From an uncultured Verrucomicrobiales bacterium (GTDB lineage: Bacteria; Verrucomicrobiota; Verrucomicrobiia; Verrucomicrobiales; DEV007), in assembly GCA_938091905.1 (NCBI GenBank), contig CALKOM010000029.1, forward strand, positions 1 through 46,127: a stretch of 46,127 bases of DNA, written 5' to 3'. The notes below the pieces were generated by a model, which saw only the letters and a list, made by a program, of their open reading frames with translations, had not been told where the DNA came from and ran no database searches. The position numbers and the translations under genes are program-made. Shown piece after piece: positions 19,372-28,736 of this stretch. The stretch's first letter is position 1. The number at the start of each line of letters is the position of its first letter.

Positions 19372-21063
19372 ATGGCTGACAAACCGATTCACCAACTCTT
19401 CACGCCGGTCGATTGGTTGGTGCTCCTAGGCTACCTTGTCTTCTGCACCTGGGTGGGTCATCGCATGCGGGGGCAGCAGGCCTCGATTCGTGACTTCTTT
19501 CTCGGCGGGAAGTCGTTGCCATGGCCCGCGGTTTCTGGCTCCATCATTGCGACGGAATTGAGCGGAGTGACGTTCATTGGGGTGCCTGCGGGCCTGTTTG
19601 CCATGCACGGAAACTTCACCTACTTGCAGTGGGCGGTCGGCTCCATCATCGCCCGGGTGATCGTCGGCGTGTGGTTCGTGAAGGTGTACTACGAACGGGA
19701 AATTTACAGCTCCTATGATTACATGGGTAACCGTTTGGGAAAAGGGGCCAAGACCTTGGCCACGATTCTCTTCTTTGTAGGAAGTATTCTGGCGCAGAGT
19801 GTACGAGTGTTGGTTGCTGCGCTGCCCTTGAAGGTGGTGACGGGAATGCCGATTGAAGTTTGCATTCTCATTATTGGCGTGTTTGCCATCGGCTGGACGC
19901 TTATGGGGGGCATGCGGACGGTGATTTGGACGGATGTGATGCAATTCTTCCTGTTCACTATTGGTGGCATCATTGCGCTCTTCACTGTGGTTAACTCTTT
20001 GCCAGGTGGCTTCGGCGAGCTCTGGGGAACGGCGACCGATTTTGGTAGAACGAAGGCCACCAGTTGGGAATTTGATTGGTTCGGAGCGGGGCGTGAACTT
20101 GAGTTCACGTTCTGGGTGGCGCTGATCGCAGTGCCCTTCCAGAACTTGACCGTGTTTGGAGTAGATCAGCTGTGTGCGCAGCGGATGTTCTGCTGTGGCA
20201 CTCCTCAGGCGGCCAGAAAGGCAATCATCTTTAGCTCGTTTGGGCAATTGGTCACGTTGCTCATGTTGCTTGTGGGGGCGGCGCTCTTTGTGCATTATGA
20301 GCAACACCCTTTCAACGCCTACGAAGCTGAAGTGGCCTTTCCAGCAAACGCAGAAATGACGTCGGCAGAACGCATGGAGGCTGCTCCATTCGCTGCGGAT
20401 CCGGTGTCTGGAAAGGTGAGCAACGTGCGCGTGCCTGCGGATGGCGATGCTGTTTTCCCCATGTGGATCGTATCGATCTTGCCCATGGGTTTGAGTGGCT
20501 TGTTGTTGGCTGGCGTCTTTGCGGCGGCGATTTCAAGTTTGGACAGTATCTTGGCGGCATTGAGTCAGACGACTCTGTCATTGATATACCACCCTGAGCG
20601 AGATGACGGGATTTCTGCAGATGATCCCTCGTTGGTTGGCAAGTCTCGTATACTCGTTGTCTTTTGGGGGATAGCCCTGACATTTTTCACCTATCTGCTT
20701 CTCTTTGTGAAAGAAGACATTCCGATTCTCCCCTTGGCATTTGGAATGACGAGCTACACGGTTGGGCCGATGCTCGCGATCTTTCTGATAGCGATGCTGG
20801 GCAAGGGTAGTGTGCGTGGCTTGGTTGTGGGGACGGTAATCTCATTCGTAATTGTTCTGTTCGTGAGGACCGACGTTTGGGTCTTGGTCGACAAGATTGC
20901 TCCGAGTTTTGTGGAGTCGCTAGGTGACTTGCCAACCTACGACTATGACGTGGAAAAGGGAAAATTGTCGCCCGTTTATTCCTTTGTCTGGGCATGGCCG
21001 CTGACAGCGATCCTGACATTTGCTTTTGGTTTGCTCGTTCCTGGAAAGAATAAATCTGCCTAG
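19372..21063 (+). CDS. Sodium:solute symporter (SSS) family transporter
   Basis: DFFLGGKSLPW, SIIATELSGVTFIGVP, GGMRTVIWTDVMQ, GVDQLCAQR, AAAISSLDS; about 13 TM segments. Confidence 0.93.
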   Translation: MADKPIHQLFTPVDWLVLLGYLVFCTWVGHRMRGQQASIRDFFLGGKSLPWPAVSGSIIATELSGVTFIGVPAGLFAMHGNFTYLQWAVGSIIARVIVGVWFVKVYYEREIYSSYDYMGNRLGKGAKTLATILFFVGSILAQSVRVLVAALPLKVVTGMPIEVCILIIGVFAIGWTLMGGMRTVIWTDVMQFFLFTIGGIIALFTVVNSLPGGFGELWGTATDFGRTKATSWEFDWFGAGRELEFTFWVALIAVPFQNLTVFGVDQLCAQRMFCCGTPQAARKAIIFSSFGQLVTLLMLLVGAALFVHYEQHPFNAYEAEVAFPANAEMTSAERMEAAPFAADPVSGKVSNVRVPADGDAVFPMWIVSILPMGLSGLLLAGVFAAAISSLDSILAALSQTTLSLIYHPERDDGISADDPSLVGKSRILVVFWGIALTFFTYLLLFVKEDIPILPLAFGMTSYTVGPMLAIFLIAMLGKGSVRGLVVGTVISFVIVLFVRTDVWVLVDKIAPSFVESLGDLPTYDYDVEKGKLSPVYSFVWAWPLTAILTFAFGLLVPGKNKSA

Positions 21064-21080
21064 GGAGCTTTGGAGGTGAC

Positions 21081-22301
21081 GTGGCTGCTCTTCCCGGGGT
21101 CCTAGCTCGCTCGCTTCGTTATCGCAGCTTGCTGCGTCGTCCTGCGGTCATCCGTGAGCTGACGCAGATTGCAGAAGATGAGCCAACGTATGGGAATGCA
21201 TCAGCGGTTTGTCACTCCGGCGATGCGCTTTATGCGCAGATGATTGAGGATATCTCACAGGCTCGGAATCGGGTCCTGTGTGAGTTTTACATGTTCTTGT
21301 CAGATGAAACGGCATGGCGTTTTGCTAAAGTGTTGGCCGAGAAGGCGACCGAGGGTGTGGAGGTGCGAGTGATCTACGACGCGATTGGCTCGCTCGACGC
21401 GGAGGAGGCGATCTTTCTTCATCTGATGGCGCAAGGAGTGGAGGTCTTGGAATATCGGCCAATTGCTCCTTGGAAAGAACGGTTTGGTGTTTTTGGTAGG
21501 GATCATCGCAAGATTCTCGTGGTCGATGATCAAGTGGGTTACCTGGGCGGCTTCAATTTGGGAGATTGTTGGTCCGAATCGGCATCTTGTGAAGAGGTTT
21601 GGCGTGATACGCACTTGCGGCTCGTTGGGCCCGCTGCTCTGGACCTGACCGTGTTGTTTGCGGAAACTTGGCATCGTGAGACCGGGAAACTGCTGCCGGT
21701 GAATGGGGCGGCTGTGCAGGCAGGACATGAACCTGTAGACGAGAGTGCGCTACCTAGTGGCGGGATTTTCATCATCGGTGGTCGTGGGCACTATCGTAGA
21801 AGGATCCGGAGGCTTTACGCGATGGAGATCGGTCGATCCAAAGAGCAATTGCTTCTAACAAACCCCTACATGATCCCAGATCGGACGATTCGCGAGGCCT
21901 TGTGCGAAGCGGCGGATCGGGGCGTGGATGTCCGCTTGCTCTTGCCGGAGCGTTCTGATGTGCCCTTGGCTGACTTGGCTGGACGGCACTACTTTACGAA
22001 ATACCTGCGCCGAGGAATCCACATCTATCTCTATCAGCGGTCTATCTTGCATGCCAAGTGCATGGTCTTAGACACTTCATGGGCCACGGTGGGCTCTGCG
22101 AATCTGGATAGTTTGTCTTTGAACCACAATTTGGAGTGTAATGCGGTGATCATGGGGGAGGGGACCGTTGAGGTGCTGGAGAAACAGTTTTGGCAAGACC
22201 TTGAGGTCTCTCGCGAGGTGAGTTTGCCAGAGTGGATGCGACGTTCGTGGAAATCCAAGCTTTACGAGTGGCTCGCCTCGTGGTTACGCCCATGGCTATG
22301 A
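21081..22301 (+). CDS. clsB: Cardiolipin synthase (ClsB-type phospholipase D)
   Basis: Two HKD motifs (HRKILVVD, HAKCMVLD), GSANLD...NLE; no N-terminal TM pair as found in ClsA. Confidence 0.85.
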   Translation: MAALPGVLARSLRYRSLLRRPAVIRELTQIAEDEPTYGNASAVCHSGDALYAQMIEDISQARNRVLCEFYMFLSDETAWRFAKVLAEKATEGVEVRVIYDAIGSLDAEEAIFLHLMAQGVEVLEYRPIAPWKERFGVFGRDHRKILVVDDQVGYLGGFNLGDCWSESASCEEVWRDTHLRLVGPAALDLTVLFAETWHRETGKLLPVNGAAVQAGHEPVDESALPSGGIFIIGGRGHYRRRIRRLYAMEIGRSKEQLLLTNPYMIPDRTIREALCEAADRGVDVRLLLPERSDVPLADLAGRHYFTKYLRRGIHIYLYQRSILHAKCMVLDTSWATVGSANLDSLSLNHNLECNAVIMGEGTVEVLEKQFWQDLEVSREVSLPEWMRRSWKSKLYEWLASWLRPWL

Positions 22302-23365
22302 ATGAACGCATCGAACGGCTGACCATGGCTGACGTGAATGAGCGAGCGTTCGATGAAATCATCGATGTGCGAGCTCCGGAGGAGTATGCAGTCGATCATG
22401 TTACAGGCGCGATTAATTTACCTGTGCTAGACAATGATGAGCGAATCCGAGTGGGCACACTCCACGCGCAGGTGAGTGCTTTCGAAGCGAAGAAGGTTGG
22501 GGCTAGTTTGGTGTCGTCGAATATTGCCTGCCACCTTAAAGATCACTTTGCGAAATATGGGAAGACCTATCGACCGTTAGTCTACTGTTGGCGAGGCGGT
22601 CAGCGGTCGCGCAGCCTTGCGACCGTGCTTTGTGAGGTCGGTTGGCGGCCAGCCATTCTGGACGGCGGCTACAAGGCGTATCGAGCCCATGTCATGGAGG
22701 GTTTGGGCGTGAGCGAAAAGATGCATTGGCGGGTGTTGAATGGGCTCACCGGTTCCGGAAAGACGCTCGTACTTCATGCTTTGGCTGAGCGTGGTGCTCA
22801 GGTTCTCGATCTGGAAGGCTTGGCCAATCACAAGGGCTCGCTGTTCGGGGGGGACCTCAAGAACCCGCAGCCCTCACAGAAATACTTTGAAACGTTGATT
22901 CATGAGCAGCTCAAAGCGTTTACTCCAGAGCGCACCCTTTTTGTGGAGGCGGAGAGCCCTAAGATAGGTCATCTCAATATTCCGGGGCCATTGTGGGTAG
23001 CGCTGCGATCTGCGCCGGTGATTGAGGTGAACTCGCCGGTCGAGGCGCGGGCTCAGTATTTATACGGCGATTATGCTAGTTGGCTTGGAGATTCTCAGCG
23101 CATTCTAGCGACGATCGAGCGATTAAGACCATTTCAGAGCAAAGCTCAGATTGAGAGATGGATTGGTCTCTGCCATGCCGAGGATTGGATTCCTTTTATC
23201 GAGACCCTTCTGACTGAGCATTATGACAAGAAGTATGGTGCGGGCGGTAGCGGGCACTATGAGGCCCCCTCACAGACCTATGAACTCGAGAATCAGGAAC
23301 CAGCCTCTATCGTGAGCTGTGCGGAATGGCTTCTGGTGCAGGCTGAGGCCTGGGATTCCAGGTGA
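22298..23365 (+). CDS. mnmH: tRNA 2-selenouridine synthase (SelU)
   Basis: Rhodanese domain (IIDVRAPEEY, YCWRGGQRS, GGYKAYR) plus P-loop GLTGSGKT, DLEGLANHKGS, QPSQKYFE, EAESPKIG. ATG 22298 overlaps the clsB stop (ATGA). Confidence 0.95.
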   Translation: MNERIERLTMADVNERAFDEIIDVRAPEEYAVDHVTGAINLPVLDNDERIRVGTLHAQVSAFEAKKVGASLVSSNIACHLKDHFAKYGKTYRPLVYCWRGGQRSRSLATVLCEVGWRPAILDGGYKAYRAHVMEGLGVSEKMHWRVLNGLTGSGKTLVLHALAERGAQVLDLEGLANHKGSLFGGDLKNPQPSQKYFETLIHEQLKAFTPERTLFVEAESPKIGHLNIPGPLWVALRSAPVIEVNSPVEARAQYLYGDYASWLGDSQRILATIERLRPFQSKAQIERWIGLCHAEDWIPFIETLLTEHYDKKYGAGGSGHYEAPSQTYELENQEPASIVSCAEWLLVQAEAWDSR

Positions 23366-23423
23366 CTGAAGCTAATTCCTTTCCCTCTCGAACAATCCGC
23401 CCTAAACTTCGTTTTAGAAACCG

Positions 23424-26400
23424 ATGAGGAAACGCGTCATTTTATTCTGTGTGTTTGTGGTAGTGGTAATGAGCGGGTTGCGTTATGTCATTGAGCGTAA
23501 TAGTGATCGGGCGAGTAGGCACAGTTATCGCACCGTGGACAGGTCGCCATCTCCTGTGCAGGACCCACAGCCGTGGGTAGAAGTGACTCCGGCTCCGATG
23601 GTTTTTGAAGAAGAGGGTATGGAGATGCCATTGGTTGGAGAGTATCCGGTCGAGAATGAACTAGTAACCACCACTCAAGACCCTTTAGAGAACTTACTGG
23701 CGGAAGAAACAGTGGAGGCACAGGAGTCTGAGGCCGATTCGCCTACGGTTGAAGCGGGGGCTTCGGATGATGCTGCGGCTACAGGTGAAGAAGTGGTCGT
23801 TGAGTCTAGTGTTGTGATCAATGAGATCATGTACCACCCAATGCATAGTCGCGAGGTCGAGCCGACAGGTGAGGAGTTCATCGAGCTGTACAATCCAACG
23901 GACAAGCCGGTGGTTCTGCGGGGCTACCGTTTCACAAGAGGAATCGATTTCACGTTTGATGACGTGACGCTGGAAGCTGGTGGTTACGTGGTGATTGCCT
24001 CTGATTTAAACATGTTTACGGATACGTACGGGGAACAGGCGCATGTGGTGGGGCCCTTCTCGGGACGGCTGAGCAATTCGTCTGAAGAAGTGCGTTTAAG
24101 GAATGCTGAAGGGAAGGTTGTTGATCGGGTTGAGTATGCGGATCAGGGAGATTGGGCAGATCGCATGCTTTCTCGACGTAGCGCCATGTCGCACCGATCA
24201 AGCTACAATGGACGCACGAGGTATTCCAGTGCTAGTGGTTGGGTTTGGGCTTGTGAGGCAGATGGTGGTGGATCGTCACTTGAGTTGGTTTCCTCACAGA
24301 TGTCGAATAACCATGGTGCGAACTGGAGGCCGAGCCGGGATCGCCATGGAACTCCGGGAGCGGTCAATAGCATGCAGGCTCGCAATATTGCGCCCCTCAT
24401 CAGCAAGGTGAGGCATCGCCCAGCCATCCCGCAGCCAAATCAGCGTGTGCTGGTCCTCGCGGAGATTGACGACGAAAATATGGCGAGTGTTCGGGCCGAA
24501 GTTTTATGGCGTGTGTCTCAGCGACGCAATCGGGAGCCCTTTAAGGCCGTGCCCATGCTTCCCATAGCTGATGGGCGCTACACAGCGGTGTTGCCAGCTT
24601 ACCCTGACAAGACAGTGATAGAATTCTATGTGCGAGCGACTGATGGTGCCAAGCAACGGCAATGGCCGTCGGGGGCCGAGGAAGAGACTCGTGCCAATGC
24701 TCTCTATCAAGTCGACTCGGAGAAGAATCGCACGGCGATGGCTTTCTACCGCCTCATCATGACTGAGGACGACAATCGAAGTTTCGGGAACAGCAATCGG
24801 CATAGCAATGCGATGTCGAACACCACGCTCATCGCTGATGACGGTAGTGGTCCCGTTATTCGGTACGGTTGTGGTACGAGGGTGCGTGGAGCTGGTAGTC
24901 GGAGCAACAACCCGCCACCGATGCGTGTGAATATTCCCCGCGATCGCCCTTGGAACGGGGCCACTCGCATGAACTTGAACAGTGTGTATCCCTGGCTGCA
25001 GCACATCGGTATGAAGATCTTTCAAGCCTCTGGATTGCCTGCGCCGAATACCACGGCGGTGCAAGCGAGACGAAACGGGCGCGACTATGCTTCCAAGAGG
25101 AGCAAAGACTATGGGGCGATCGTTCATGTCCAGCCATTGGATGGCATCTTCCTGAACGAGCACTATTCGGAAGATGATCGCGGCAATCTCTACAAGAAGG
25201 TGAGACCAGATCGAGATTGGAGCTGGCGTCGAGGAGATGTTAGTGACTATCAGAATGATGGTTGGCTGAAGCAGACGAACGCGGGGCAGTGGGATTGGTC
25301 CGATCTCGATCATTTCCTCGACGTGATGAACAACTCCCCTGATAGTTCGAACTATCTTGAGCAGGTCGAAAGCGTGATGAATCTCGACCAGTGGCTACGC
25401 TATTTTGCAGTCATGGCATTGTTAGGAAACGGTGAGGGGGGGATTGCCAATGGAATCGATGACGACTACGCAATGTACCGAGGAGTGAAGGATACTCGTT
25501 TTCAAGCACTTCCACACGATCTCGATACGATTCTGGCTGTCGGTGAGGCAACGTCGAATCCACAGCACACCCTCTTTGACTTTGCCGAGCGTGGCGATGA
25601 GATTGAGCCACTTGAGCCTCTTTTTGATCATCCTGAAATCCGCCGACGCTATTTCACGGTCATGGCAGAGTTGCTCCAGACGTCGTTCTCGAACGACGAC
25701 TTTGGGCGATTGATGGATCAACACTTGGGAGGCTGGGTGCCTGCGTCGAGCATTCGGCGAATGAAAGACTTCATGGCGTTGCGTGCTTCCTATGCTGCCC
25801 AAGAGGTTCGGCGAGGGTTGGGTAAAGTACCCACCAAGAGACGCCCGACTTCGAAAGGGGCTGTGCTGAGCGATGTGGGAGGCGAGGTGATTTTGAGTGA
25901 GATTCTCGCGGAGAATGTCAGTGTTCATGCGCATGGAGATGCCTTTCCTGACATTATCGAGCTGCACAATCCGGGATCGGCGACGGTCTCTCTAGCCGGC
26001 ATGAGCCTGACGGATGATGCTGAGGTGCCAGGTAAGTTTATTTTTCCTGCAGGAGCCGAAATTGATCCTGGAGCTTATCTCGTGATTTATGCGGACGCCC
26101 TTGTTGCTGAGGGTGAGTTCCACACGGGCTTTGCGCTCAAGCGCGAGGGAGAGACACTGACACTGTACGGCGAACCGAACAGTGGAGGCGTGCGCCCGAC
26201 GGTGGATACCGTGACCTTTGGTCCACAAATAGCGGATTGTTCCATTTCTCGAACCAGGAAGGATAAGCGTCTTTGGACGCTGACGAAGCCTTCTATTGGC
26301 AAAGCAAATCCCAACTTAGGCTTGCCCTTGGGGAGTATCCAAAGCATCCTAATCAACGAGTGGCTGGCGGCACCTCAGGCGCGCTTCTCTAACGATTATG

Positions 26401-27254
26401 TCGAGTTGATCAATCTCGATGATCGACCCGTGGCCTTAGGTGGTGTGGCGGTGACCAGCAACTACGTGCGTGTTCCGGACGAGCACCGTTATCCGATGCT
26501 GAGTTTCATGGGGCCAAAGCAATATCTTCTCATGGAGTCGCTGGGCAAGGCGCAGAAACGTCGGCATCCATGTGATCTGCCCTATCGTCTCCCCTCTCAC
26601 AGTGGTTGGGTCCGACTGGTCGGCTCCAATGGAGTGGAGATTGACAAGGTTCACTACACGGCACAACGACCTGATGTTGCTCAGGGGCGCTTGCCGAATG
26701 GTAGTGAAACGGTGGTCTACTTGACCTTGCCGACTCCAGGTGCGGCGAACGGTGCGGCTAAGAATGCGTCTTCAGCTGTTCGCGCGCTCTTGTTAGGACT
26801 GCGGGTTTCGGAAATTATGTACCATCCAGAGAATCCCGATCTCGAGTTTATAGAGCTGACGAACATTGGCAGCCTGCCCGTGAATCTAAAGGGGGTCCGT
26901 TTCACTGGTGGGATTGGCTATGTCTTCTCGGAAGGAACGCTTGAGACCGGGCAGTGCCTGATTCTGGCCGGAAACGAAGCAGCCTTTACCGCCCAAGTCC
27001 CGGAAGGCGTGCGCATTGCTGGTCAATACTCGGGCAAGCTTTCGAACGGTGGCGAGACGATCGAGCTGACCTTACCCAAACCAGCGAACCTTGCTATTCA
27101 GCGTTTCAAATACAACGACAAGTGGTATTCGGCCACCGATGGGAACGGGCGCTCCCTTTCTGTGATCGACGTAACCGCCGATGTGAAGCGCTGGGATGAT
27201 CTAACTAACTGGCGACCAAGCCCAGAGAATGGTGGCACGCCAGGAACGCTGTAG
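23424..27254 (+). CDS. CotH kinase-family protein with multiple lamin-tail domains
   Basis: N-terminal anchor; LTD motifs INEIMYHP, EFIELYN, LSEILAEN, INEWLA, VSEIMYHP, GTPG; CotH core RVRGAGSR, GNLYK, PHDLD. Confidence 0.88.
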   Translation: MRKRVILFCVFVVVVMSGLRYVIERNSDRASRHSYRTVDRSPSPVQDPQPWVEVTPAPMVFEEEGMEMPLVGEYPVENELVTTTQDPLENLLAEETVEAQESEADSPTVEAGASDDAAATGEEVVVESSVVINEIMYHPMHSREVEPTGEEFIELYNPTDKPVVLRGYRFTRGIDFTFDDVTLEAGGYVVIASDLNMFTDTYGEQAHVVGPFSGRLSNSSEEVRLRNAEGKVVDRVEYADQGDWADRMLSRRSAMSHRSSYNGRTRYSSASGWVWACEADGGGSSLELVSSQMSNNHGANWRPSRDRHGTPGAVNSMQARNIAPLISKVRHRPAIPQPNQRVLVLAEIDDENMASVRAEVLWRVSQRRNREPFKAVPMLPIADGRYTAVLPAYPDKTVIEFYVRATDGAKQRQWPSGAEEETRANALYQVDSEKNRTAMAFYRLIMTEDDNRSFGNSNRHSNAMSNTTLIADDGSGPVIRYGCGTRVRGAGSRSNNPPPMRVNIPRDRPWNGATRMNLNSVYPWLQHIGMKIFQASGLPAPNTTAVQARRNGRDYASKRSKDYGAIVHVQPLDGIFLNEHYSEDDRGNLYKKVRPDRDWSWRRGDVSDYQNDGWLKQTNAGQWDWSDLDHFLDVMNNSPDSSNYLEQVESVMNLDQWLRYFAVMALLGNGEGGIANGIDDDYAMYRGVKDTRFQALPHDLDTILAVGEATSNPQHTLFDFAERGDEIEPLEPLFDHPEIRRRYFTVMAELLQTSFSNDDFGRLMDQHLGGWVPASSIRRMKDFMALRASYAAQEVRRGLGKVPTKRRPTSKGAVLSDVGGEVILSEILAENVSVHAHGDAFPDIIELHNPGSATVSLAGMSLTDDAEVPGKFIFPAGAEIDPGAYLVIYADALVAEGEFHTGFALKREGETLTLYGEPNSGGVRPTVDTVTFGPQIADCSISRTRKDKRLWTLTKPSIGKANPNLGLPLGSIQSILINEWLAAPQARFSNDYVELINLDDRPVALGGVAVTSNYVRVPDEHRYPMLSFMGPKQYLLMESLGKAQKRRHPCDLPYRLPSHSGWVRLVGSNGVEIDKVHYTAQRPDVAQGRLPNGSETVVYLTLPTPGAANGAAKNASSAVRALLLGLRVSEIMYHPENPDLEFIELTNIGSLPVNLKGVRFTGGIGYVFSEGTLETGQCLILAGNEAAFTAQVPEGVRIAGQYSGKLSNGGETIELTLPKPANLAIQRFKYNDKWYSATDGNGRSLSVIDVTADVKRWDDLTNWRPSPENGGTPGTL

Positions 27255-27286
27255 AGGAGGTTGACAGACTTTCCCAGGGACTGTGT

Positions 27287-28735
27287 CTAGGCAATGATAT
27301 CTTTGACGACGTGGCCATGGACATCGGTTAGGCGGAAGTCGCGCCCCTGGAATCGATAGGTCAGTTTTTCGTGATCGAATCCTAGCAGGTGCAAAATTGT
27401 GGCTTGGAAATCATGGACGTGAACTTTGTCGCGGGCGACTGAGAAGCCGAGTTCATCCGAGGCGCCATAGGCATACCCGCCTTTGAGTCCGGCGCCGGCC
27501 ATGACCATGGAGTAACAATCTGGGAAGTGGTCGCGACCGAGGACATCGCCCTTGGCCGTGCGGCCTTCACGGAATGGGGTGCGGCCAAATTCGCCGCCGA
27601 GAATGATGAGGGTGTCATCTAACAAACCGCGTTCTCGCAGGTCTCGCAAGAGAGCGGCGACGGGGCGCTCCATGGTGGCGCACTTGTTGGTGAGGCCGTC
27701 GCGGATGTCTTCTTTCGGGTTGGTGCCGTGAAAGTCCCAGCCCCAGTCGAAGAGTTGCACGTAGCGCACCCCTTGCTCGACGAGTCGACGGGCTAACAAA
27801 CAGTTGTTTCCGAAACTCGAGGCGCCGGGCTCAGCACCATAGGCTTCGAGAGTCTTCTTGGACTCTTTGGAAATGTCCATGACCTCGGGGACAGACATTT
27901 GCATGCGGAAGGCCAGTTCGTATTGAGCAATGCGGCTCAGAGTCTCTGGATGACCGAAGTCTTTCACCTGCATTTCATTCAACTCACGCAGCGTGTCGAG
28001 CGTGTCCCGGCGCAGGTTGCGATCAAAGCCGGTCGGATCAGACGCATAGAGAACGGGATCGCCCTTGGAGCGGCACTGCACGCCTTGGTAAAGTGAAGGC
28101 AAGAAGCCACTGCCGAAGGAGTTCTTGCCGCCGTTGGGTTGCACGCCGCTGGAAATCAACGCGACGAAGCCGGGGAGATTGGCGTTCTCGGTGCCTAGTC
28201 CATAGGTCACCCATGATCCTAACGAAGGTCGCCCTGGGCGCGGTGATCCGGTGTAAACGAACAACTCGGCTGGAGCGTGGTTGAACTGATCGGTGTTCAT
28301 CGAGTTGATGACACAGAGTTCATCCGCCTCTTGTTGCAGGTGAGGCAAGGCGTCCGATAGCCAGAGGCCATTCTTTCCACACTGGGAAAACTCGCGACGG
28401 GTGCCGAGAAGGGTGGGGCGACCAGAGGTGAAGGCAAAGCGTTTGCCTTTGTAATACTCGTCAGGACAATCCTGGCCATCGCGCCTAACCAATTCAGGTT
28501 TGTAATCCCAGAGATCGAGATGGGGAGGGGACCCGGTGAGGTGAAGGTAGATGACCCGTTTCGCCTTGGCCTCGAAATGGCTTGCTTGGGGTGCCGTGGG
28601 ATCGGTGATGCCCAAGGTGTCTTCACGAAGCAGGGAACTGAGGGCAATGGCACCGATGCCCGCCGAGGAATCTCGGAGGAAGTGGCGGCGTGTCTTTGCC
28701 TGAAGCAGTTCGTAACGAGGATTGAGAATGCTCAT
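27287..28735 (-). CDS. DUF1501 family (sulfatase-like fold) Tat-exported protein
   Basis: TRRHFL Tat motif, AKRVIYL, PPHLDLWDYKP, CLLARRLVEQGVRYV, GWDFH, GEFGRTP, GRDH, HVHDFQATILHLLG. Confidence 0.93.
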   Translation of the reverse strand: MSILNPRYELLQAKTRRHFLRDSSAGIGAIALSSLLREDTLGITDPTAPQASHFEAKAKRVIYLHLTGSPPHLDLWDYKPELVRRDGQDCPDEYYKGKRFAFTSGRPTLLGTRREFSQCGKNGLWLSDALPHLQQEADELCVINSMNTDQFNHAPAELFVYTGSPRPGRPSLGSWVTYGLGTENANLPGFVALISSGVQPNGGKNSFGSGFLPSLYQGVQCRSKGDPVLYASDPTGFDRNLRRDTLDTLRELNEMQVKDFGHPETLSRIAQYELAFRMQMSVPEVMDISKESKKTLEAYGAEPGASSFGNNCLLARRLVEQGVRYVQLFDWGWDFHGTNPKEDIRDGLTNKCATMERPVAALLRDLRERGLLDDTLIILGGEFGRTPFREGRTAKGDVLGRDHFPDCYSMVMAGAGLKGGYAYGASDELGFSVARDKVHVHDFQATILHLLGFDHEKLTYRFQGRDFRLTDVHGHVVKDIIA

Positions 28736-28736
28736 G

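Noticed and set aside
19426..20307. Long antisense ORFs (this one, 24504..25313 and similar)
   Set aside because: Shadow frames of well-supported genes, with no recognisable motifs.
22232..22297. Upstream GTG start for mnmH
   Set aside because: Would overlap clsB by 70 bp; ATG 22298 gives a standard ATGA coupling.
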